Below are positions 6,274 through 12,179 of a DNA stretch of 12,179 bases, piece by piece. The translations under genes were made by a program, and so were the position numbers. Below the pieces are notes generated by a model. It searched no databases and was not told the DNA's origin. It worked only from the letters and a program-made list of their open reading frames with translations. The DNA is from Thermoproteota archaeon. Lineage in GTDB: Archaea > Korarchaeota > Korarchaeia > Korarchaeales > Korarchaeaceae. The DNA is taken from NCBI GenBank assembly GCA_027492205.1, contig JAOZFN010000007.1:110994-123172 (forward strand), read 5' to 3'. Position 1 is the first letter of the stretch. Every line of letters begins with the position of its first letter.

Positions 6274-8139
6274 CTACCCGCCTAGGGAGAGGATCTCCTG
6301 ATAATAGGAGTTGCAGGGGCCGTACACCTCCACGTTGACCCCCGAATAGGCGGGAAGCCTGTTTAGGTCTTCTTTATCTAGAACTAGGAGGACCTGAAGG
6401 CGGACGGCGCCCTCCGCAGTCTCCTCTTGGACTGCAGCCGTGTTCACCTCCGAAACCCTCACGGGGAACCCGTTCACAAAGACCTTCCAGTATGAAGGCT
6501 CCAGGACGTAATCGCTCAATGTAGGATCGACTGCTGCTATTGATATCGCCAATTTATATCGATCTGCCTCCACTGACCTGATCTCCGGCGGCCGCTCTCC
6601 CGTGGCCCTATATATCAGGAGAGAATAGGTCTCCGCCACCAGTTCGAAGCAAGGTGGGGGAAGCCTGTACTCCTCTGGAGACTCCCTCGTCACGACTATC
6701 GGCCTATCGGACTCTGCCAGCTCTGCCCCCTTAGGCTTGGAGATCCGCGATGCGATCTCGCATCCGGCAACGGTCAAGTACCTGGCTCTTACCCCTCCGA
6801 CAGCCGTGATCCCCCTCTCATTCCAACGACTGGCGCAGAAGCCCTCCATGTCGCTCCAAATCTCGATCTGATCATCATGCTCTGGAAGCCTAGCGTACGA
6901 GTAGGCCAGGGAGGCGGCCAGGATCACTGCCAGGAGGACGGCCTCGGCCCTAGGACCGAGACTTGGAGTCAACCTAGTCAGAGATAGGCCGGCCAGCAGA
7001 GAGAAGGGCAGAGCGAGCTGGAGGACGAACCTCCAGCTTTGTCCTGCGAATGCAATGCCCGAGAAGGAGAGATAAGAGGCGATAACTAGCCCTGCCGAGT
7101 ATCCGACCAGCCAGCCTGCGGGTCCCCAACCACGTACTTGGGTCATTCCGCCGAGAGACAGCGCTGACCACCAGGAGAGCAGCCTCGGAATGGGCCCGTG
7201 GAGGAGGGATACTAAGGCTCGAGCCAGCCCTCTGAGGCCAGGGAAGGCCTCAACAGTCCCCCTCCTTGCGTAACCGGAGAGCCTGATAGCTGGAAAATGC
7301 AGCCCTCCGCATACCAGCGCGGCGGAGAGTAGGGGAGCCGCGAGCCCGACTCTCCGTTTGGAGACGGCGGGAACCGCGAGAAACGCGAGGAAGTATAGCG
7401 TGGATGTGTGGGCGACGGGTAATGTGGCGCCCAAGGCCGCGGCCGCGATGAACCTCCTCCTCACGAGGAGGAGCGCGCAGAGAGCCGTGAGCGTGTCGGA
7501 CATCGCGTTGGCGTAAGTCCCCACCCTGAACAGGTGATACAGGCCCGAGGACATCGGAAGGAGGCTCCAGGATGAGAGGAGGCCGACCCTCCTCCCCCAC
7601 AGCTCTCGGCCGATCAGGTATATGAGGGCCCCCTGCGAGGCCGCCAGCGCGGCCAGGATGGCCCTGTAGGAGAGGATCCACCAGACCCCCGGGACCAGGG
7701 AGGCGCACGAGGCGCCGACCAGGTGGACCAGGAAGGGGTAGCCGGCGTCCACCCCGCCCCCCGAGGCGAACCTCAGGGACGACTGGAAGTGGTACAGCTC
7801 GTCCGGGTTGACCCAGGAGGCCGTCATGGGCCTGGCCGCGAGGTACACCGCGGTGACGGCCGCGTGCGGGGCCAGGGCGGCCAGGAAGCCCGGGTCCACC
7901 CGGGGGGATCGGCGGCCCCGGCGGCGGGCCGGCCCCAGGGCGAGGGTGACCGCCGCCAGCGCCGCGGGCAGGATGGCCGGGGGGTAGAGCCTGAGGACCG
8001 GGGCCAGGGCGGCCAGGGCCAGGGCTCCGACGGACGGGGCCGCGGCCAGGGCCTCCTCGAGCCGGTCGAAGAGGGAGACGGAGGCGGACAGCCCCACGAC
8101 GGCGGCCGCGACGGGCGGGACGACCCAGCCTGGGGACAC
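6274..8139 (-). CDS. GT-C-fold integral membrane glycosyltransferase (PMT/ArnT/STT3-like architecture) with a C-terminal pilin-head-like domain
   Basis: 621 aa; many TM segments; NPDELYH acidic motif in an external loop followed by GYPFLVH, and the IYLIGRELWGRRVGLLSS pattern typical of GT-C proteins; WRF after late TMs; soluble C-terminal ~200 aa. Family assigned from motifs only. Confidence 0.7.
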   Translation of the reverse strand: MSPGWVVPPVAAAVVGLSASVSLFDRLEEALAAAPSVGALALAALAPVLRLYPPAILPAALAAVTLALGPARRRGRRSPRVDPGFLAALAPHAAVTAVYLAARPMTASWVNPDELYHFQSSLRFASGGGVDAGYPFLVHLVGASCASLVPGVWWILSYRAILAALAASQGALIYLIGRELWGRRVGLLSSWSLLPMSSGLYHLFRVGTYANAMSDTLTALCALLLVRRRFIAAAALGATLPVAHTSTLYFLAFLAVPAVSKRRVGLAAPLLSAALVCGGLHFPAIRLSGYARRGTVEAFPGLRGLARALVSLLHGPIPRLLSWWSALSLGGMTQVRGWGPAGWLVGYSAGLVIASYLSFSGIAFAGQSWRFVLQLALPFSLLAGLSLTRLTPSLGPRAEAVLLAVILAASLAYSYARLPEHDDQIEIWSDMEGFCASRWNERGITAVGGVRARYLTVAGCEIASRISKPKGAELAESDRPIVVTRESPEEYRLPPPCFELVAETYSLLIYRATGERPPEIRSVEADRYKLAISIAAVDPTLSDYVLEPSYWKVFVNGFPVRVSEVNTAAVQEETAEGAVRLQVLLVLDKEDLNRLPAYSGVNVEVYGPCNSYYQEILSLGG

Positions 8140-8157
8140 GCACGCCCCGTCGGGGGG

Positions 8158-8168
8158 CTTTTTATTAG
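8158..8168. promoter_or_regulatory. Single AT island, probably serving the divergent GT-C and GT4 genes
   Basis: CTTTTTATTAG is the only AT-rich element between 8139(-) and 8193/8214(+). Confidence 0.5.
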
Positions 8169-8213
8169 TCTGTCGGCCCCGCCGCCAGCCCGGTGGGGGC
8201 CGGGGGAACCCTC

Positions 8214-9500
8214 ATGGGCGCGTCGACCGGGCGCGGGGTGACGGTGGTCCTGCTCGCCATGTTCTTCCCACCGAACCCGAGCGGGGGCTCCGCGCGCGCC
8301 TTCAAGTCGGCCCTGGCGTTCGCGAGGAGTCCAGAGGTCGAGAGGGTGTACGTGCTGGCGTCCAGGAGGCCCCTCCGCGAGGATCGCTGGGGGGGCCGCA
8401 GCCCTGGGGTCGAGGGGGCGCTCGAGGGGCTGGGTGTGAGGGTTATCAGGCTGCCCCTGCCCCCCGTCAGGCACGGCGGGGCCGCGGCCAGGGCCGTCCT
8501 CTACCTCCTGTACTCGGCCATGGCCCTGCCGCCCCTGCTGTGGATCCTGCTGAGGGCCCGCGGGGACCGCCTCGTGGTGGCCCACACCCCCCACGTGCTG
8601 GCCGCCATCGTCGGGCGCGCGGCCTCCGCCCTGACGGGAGCCAGGCTGGTCCACGTCGTCCACGACGTCTGGCCGGACGAGTTCGCCGAGTTCGAGGGGG
8701 GCGGGATGGTCCTGAGGATCGTGGACTGGCTTGCGAGGATCTCTTACTCGTCTCCGGACGCCCTGATAGTCGCCAGCGAGGAGATGAGGGAGTACCTGTC
8801 CAGGAAGCTCGGCGGGAGGCATCCCCCGGCGATTGTCGGCTACACCGGGTCGGTCCTGGCCGAGGTATCTGCCCCCGTGGGGGAGGGGGCCGCGGCGCCC
8901 GGTGGGCCGGCTGGCCGGGGCGCGGGGAGGAGGATCGTCCTCGGCTATCTGGGGAACGTGGGCCACTCCTCAGGGCTCGCTGAGGTCGTGAGGATGCTAC
9001 GCGAGTGCTGCGCGGCGGCGGGGTGCGAAGTGGACGTCCTGGTGGTCGGTGTCGGGAGGTTCGTCGAGTCCCTGGGGAGGGAGGGGCGTGGGGCCGCCGG
9101 CCTGAGGGTCAGGGTCCTGGGGCCGCTCCCCCCCGAGGGGGTGGCCACCGTCCTGGGGGGCGTCGACGCCCTCCTCCTGCCGATCAGGGGGAGGGTGATA
9201 GGGAGCATCGGCACGACCACCAAGATATTCGACTACCTCTACCTCTGCAGGCCGATCGTGCTGATCGCCGAGGCAGAGGGGGGCCCGGCGAGCAGGATTG
9301 TGGGTCGGCTCTTCCCCGAGCTGGTGGTCGGGTGGAGCCTGGAGGGTGTCTGCGCGGCCCTGAGGGAAGTCTGCCTCGGGGGGGTGCGGGTCGAGAGGGG
9401 GGACTGCCTGTCCATCCTTGAGGAGATTGACCGAGACCGCTCCATGGACAGGGCTGCCCGGGAGGTGCTGGGAATCCTGTTCCGAGGTGGGGAGGGGTAG
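8214..9500 (+). CDS. GT4-family (GT-B fold) glycosyltransferase, WbuB-like
   Basis: N-terminal VVLLAMFFPPNPSGG, VHVVHDVWPD, YLGNVGHSSGL, TKIFDYLYLCRPIV (cf. PxKLxEYxAxGKPI). ATG 8214 has a GGGGGA SD; GTG 8193 and 8238 are alternatives. Confidence 0.85.
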   Translation: MGASTGRGVTVVLLAMFFPPNPSGGSARAFKSALAFARSPEVERVYVLASRRPLREDRWGGRSPGVEGALEGLGVRVIRLPLPPVRHGGAAARAVLYLLYSAMALPPLLWILLRARGDRLVVAHTPHVLAAIVGRAASALTGARLVHVVHDVWPDEFAEFEGGGMVLRIVDWLARISYSSPDALIVASEEMREYLSRKLGGRHPPAIVGYTGSVLAEVSAPVGEGAAAPGGPAGRGAGRRIVLGYLGNVGHSSGLAEVVRMLRECCAAAGCEVDVLVVGVGRFVESLGREGRGAAGLRVRVLGPLPPEGVATVLGGVDALLLPIRGRVIGSIGTTTKIFDYLYLCRPIVLIAEAEGGPASRIVGRLFPELVVGWSLEGVCAALREVCLGGVRVERGDCLSILEEIDRDRSMDRAAREVLGILFRGGEG

Positions 9501-9504
9501 GTGG

Positions 9505-10647
9505 GTGGCTAGGGCGGCGTTCATCTCCTCCTGGGCGGGGGAGCCCAGGACTTGGCGGATGGCGAGGGTGGCGCGGGAGGCCGGGCTGGAGGTCCTCGTG
9601 GTGGAGTGGGAGAGGGTCCCCTCCCCGCCTCCCCCCGCTGTGGAGGGCGTCCTGGTCCTGAGGTACCGCAGGCCAGCCCCCTCCGGGTTCAAGCTCGCGA
9701 AGATCCTCCCCTACGTGCTGTTCCACTGGTTCGCCCTCAGGGCCCTCCTCCGCTGGAGGCCCGAGGTCGTGCAGTTCCAGCTCCTGATAAACGCCCCTCC
9801 CGCCCTCATCTACAGGCTCGTGAGGAGGAGGGACTGCACGCTGATATTCGACATATCTGATCCCTACTGCCTGTCTCACGTCCCGAAGGCGCTCTTCGGG
9901 GCCGTGCGCCTGGTTGAGAGGATCGTGGCGAAGGCGGCAGACGTCAGGCTGATCCCGGATCCGTCGAGGTCCTCCGTCCTGGGTCGCGACCTGGGCTACG
10001 TAGTGGTCTACAACTCCCCCCTCCCGGAGTGGGTCCCCCGACCCCCCGAGGCAGCGCCGAGGGGGGAGGCCCCCGTGAAGCCGATGGGGAGGTTGACGGT
10101 CGCCTACCTCGGGGTCCTCTCCGAGGACCGGGGGCTGAGGTGCGCTATCGAGGCCGTGAGGAGGGTGGGAGGCCCCGTCCACCTGGTCATCGCTGGATGG
10201 GGCCCGATGGCAGGCCGAGTTATTGAGGCGGCGAGGTCGACCCCCAACGTGGAGTACCTGGGCCTCCTGGCCCACCGGGATGCGATGCGCGTAATGCGGG
10301 GGGCCGACGTCGTCCTGGCGCTCTACGACCCCAGCAACCCAAACAACGTTCTGGCGGCGCCCAACAAGCTGTACGAGGCGCTATCCCTTGGGAAACCCCT
10401 GATAGTCAACGATGGAACGGCGCTATCTGACCTGATCAGGGAGTGGGGGGCGGGGATCGTGGTTCCCTACTGCGACGCGGAGTCCCTTCAGTCGGCCCTC
10501 AGGAGGCTGACGGACGAGAGGCTCCTCGGCACGCTGGGGGATGGGGCCTACTCCCTGTGGCGCCACGTGTATGGGAGGGTCTCGGAGTCATACCGCCGCC
10601 TGAAGAGCGTGTACGAGGCGGCCGGTGTCGGGCACCCAGGAGGCTGA
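9505..10647 (+). CDS. GT4-family glycosyltransferase
   Basis: 380 aa from GTG 9505 (GGAGGGG SD 7 nt upstream; 4 nt after the previous stop); EPRTWRMA, LIFDISD, YLGVLSEDRGL, NVEYLG, AAPNKLYEALSLGKPLIV. Confidence 0.9.
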   Translation: MARAAFISSWAGEPRTWRMARVAREAGLEVLVVEWERVPSPPPPAVEGVLVLRYRRPAPSGFKLAKILPYVLFHWFALRALLRWRPEVVQFQLLINAPPALIYRLVRRRDCTLIFDISDPYCLSHVPKALFGAVRLVERIVAKAADVRLIPDPSRSSVLGRDLGYVVVYNSPLPEWVPRPPEAAPRGEAPVKPMGRLTVAYLGVLSEDRGLRCAIEAVRRVGGPVHLVIAGWGPMAGRVIEAARSTPNVEYLGLLAHRDAMRVMRGADVVLALYDPSNPNNVLAAPNKLYEALSLGKPLIVNDGTALSDLIREWGAGIVVPYCDAESLQSALRRLTDERLLGTLGDGAYSLWRHVYGRVSESYRRLKSVYEAAGVGHPGG

Positions 10648-10649
10648 CC

Positions 10650-11606
10650 CTACCGGAGGACGACCGATGCGACCACCGCGGCCAGACCGAACGTGGCCTG
10701 AAACGCGATGGCCTTCAAGGCCACCAACTGCTCTCTCTCCCCCCTGGCCATCCAGAGGCTCCAGAGAGCCTCGAGGCCGTCCGAGTAAACGAGCCCATCC
10801 ACCGCCTCGCCGACGGTCCACTCCATCCCCTTAGAGAGCCTTATCAGGAAGTTCAGGAGGTAAGGGATCGTCGCTATCAGGCCCGCCGCCTTTATCGTAC
10901 CAGCCACGATTGAGGAGGCGAGGGCGGCGCCCACGAGGTAAGTGCCGACGTTCCCGGGGAACACCCTCGCCGGGTACCAGTTCCACCTGAGGAACGCGAG
11001 CAGCGCCCCTGAGAGGGCGGCCAGGGCGGTCGAGGAGGTCCAGCTCCCGTAGAGGGCGGCGCAGATCGAGAGCGAGAGCGCCGTCACGAGCCCGGCCCCG
11101 GCCTCCAGGCCGTTGAAGCCCGCGTAGATGTTCACCGCGTTGAGCATGTAGGCGAACCCAAGGGGGACTAGAGCCCAGAACGCGGCACCGAGCTCCACCC
11201 TCCCCCAGGGGGAGGAGTATATCACCGGCTCACCGGCCCTGAAGGCCACCATGGGGGCGCCCGCGAGGGCGGACCCGATCACGAGGCTCACCCTCCCCAG
11301 GTGGAAGAGGTCGTCGATGAGTCCGAGGATGGCCCCCAGCGTCGTTGAGAGGGATATGGCCAAAGCGAGCTCTGGATCGACGCCCGTGAAGCCGGCCACG
11401 GTGATCCCTGAGAGGAAACCCAGGAGGACCGCGAGTCCGCCCAGGCTTGCGATCTCGGGCGCTCCTGGCTTGTGGAGGTCCCTCCCCACAAGGCCGGTGA
11501 GCCTGCACCTGGAGATCACCGCCGGCGTCGAGGCCCACGTGACCGCGAGGCCGACCGCGAACGCCAGTATGGGTGAGAGGAGGGTGGCCGTTCCCGCGGC
11601 CCTCAT
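10650..11606 (-). CDS. aglH: UDP-N-acetylhexosamine:dolichyl-phosphate HexNAc-1-phosphate transferase (AglH/GPT, MraY-WecA superfamily)
   Basis: GRDLHK, LGGLA, GLIDD, NAVNIYAGFNGLE, WNWYPARVFPGNVG; multiple TMs. ATG 11606 preferred over 11633 because a TATA-like ATTAAAT (11638-11632) lies about 26 nt upstream of it. Confidence 0.85.
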   Translation of the reverse strand: MRAAGTATLLSPILAFAVGLAVTWASTPAVISRCRLTGLVGRDLHKPGAPEIASLGGLAVLLGFLSGITVAGFTGVDPELALAISLSTTLGAILGLIDDLFHLGRVSLVIGSALAGAPMVAFRAGEPVIYSSPWGRVELGAAFWALVPLGFAYMLNAVNIYAGFNGLEAGAGLVTALSLSICAALYGSWTSSTALAALSGALLAFLRWNWYPARVFPGNVGTYLVGAALASSIVAGTIKAAGLIATIPYLLNFLIRLSKGMEWTVGEAVDGLVYSDGLEALWSLWMARGEREQLVALKAIAFQATFGLAAVVASVVLR

Positions 11607-11628
11607 GCAGGGCGTGGGATTCAGAAAC

Positions 11629-11641
11629 AGCATTTAATGCT
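11629..11641 (-). promoter_or_regulatory. Palindromic TATA-like element upstream of aglH
   Basis: AGCATT-T-AATGCT, perfect 6-bp arms around the AT core. Confidence 0.45.
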
Positions 11642-11785
11642 CTCGCCCGGGCCGGCCTACCAGGGGGGGTGCTCGCCCCCCACCAGCGTTCGGCGCCTCG
11701 ACCCGGGCCCCGGATCCCGCTGCGGGTCTCCGAACCTCTCCACGCGTCCCATGTGGCGAAAGTTTCAGGCAGCGCGGGCGTCGGG

Positions 11786-11802
11786 CGAAGAAGCGTTATA
11801 TT
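11786..11802 (+). promoter_or_regulatory. BRE/TATA promoter for a leaderless acylphosphatase-domain gene
   Basis: CGAAGAAGCGTTATATT; TTATA ends 25 nt before GTG 11826; no SD. Confidence 0.55.
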
Positions 11803-11825
11803 CTCCGCCCACCTCCCTTACCCTC

Positions 11826-12179
11826 GTGAAGAGGAGGATCGTCGTATCCGGGCCAAGGGTCCACGGGGTGGGGTACCGCGCGCTGGTGTTCGACCTCGCC
11901 CTCCGGCTGGGCCTGGACAGGCTTCTAGTTTACAACGCGGAGTCCGAGGGGGTCCAGCAGGTCGTGATCCTCGTCGAGGGCGAAGAAGATCAGGTCGAAG
12001 AGTTCCTGAGGTCCCTGGAGGAGAGGAGGCCAGCTGGCGCTGAGGTCGAGTCCATGTCGGTGGAGGAGTACGTGGGCGGCGTTCCCCCCATCGAGAGGAC
12101 CCTCCTGGCGTTTCAGGCCGAGCAGTGGGCCCTCGGAATACCGATTCTGCTGGAAGTAGCCGAGAACACGAGGCTGATC
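11826..12179 (+). CDS. Acylphosphatase-domain protein with C-terminal helical extension (partial)
   Basis: Not in the ORF track; hand translation MKRRIVVSGPRVHGVGYRALVFDLALRLGLDRLLVYNAESEGVQQVVILVEGEEDQVEEFLRSLEERRPAGAEVESMSVEEYVGGVPPIERTLLAFQAEQWALGIPILLEVAENTRLI…; matches the acylphosphatase GxV(Q/H)GVG(F/Y)R signature with a downstream Asn and VEG. Confidence 0.85.
   Translation, partial: MKRRIVVSGPRVHGVGYRALVFDLALRLGLDRLLVYNAESEGVQQVVILVEGEEDQVEEFLRSLEERRPAGAEVESMSVEEYVGGVPPIERTLLAFQAEQWALGIPILLEVAENTRLI

Noticed and set aside
7990-8052. Repeated GGCCAGG units
   Set aside because: These are Leu-Ala codons of a TM helix in the GT-C gene, not an independent repeat.
11640-11790. tRNA, SRP RNA or RNase P RNA
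   Set aside because: No cloverleaf with a T-loop, no RNase P GAGGAAAGUCC-type motif, and too short for archaeal SRP RNA.
769-12043. Many long alternative-frame or antisense ORFs (e.g. 769-1512, 2998-3933, 7824-8966, 9184-10275, 11573-12043)
   Set aside because: Pro/Arg/Gly-rich shadow ORFs that overlap motif-supported genes; expected in high-GC DNA.

Overview
GC-rich archaeal DNA (AGG/ATA codons, TATA-box promoters, GGGGTG-type Shine-Dalgarno sites; probably a thermophilic Thermoproteota- or Korarchaeota-like organism, by inference). The window holds a type IV pilus locus next to a glycosylation cluster. The pilus part has a truncated pilin-like gene at the left edge, a PilB/TadA/ArlI-family ATPase, a TadC/ArlJ-type membrane platform protein and four paralogous pilins in two divergent pairs. 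The glycosylation part has a GT-C-fold membrane glycosyltransferase, two GT4 glycosyltransferases and an AglH/GPT-type phosphoglycosyl transferase. A truncated acylphosphatase-domain gene ends the window. Two observations stand out. (1) The tandem + strand pilins share 100% identical 144-bp 5' and 64-bp 3' blocks around strongly diverged, lower-GC cores, a constant-variable-constant cassette layout suggesting recombinational pilin variation. (2) The GT-C enzyme ends in a ~105-aa domain resembling the globular head of the neighbouring pilins, suggesting a pilin-dedicated glycosylation enzyme.
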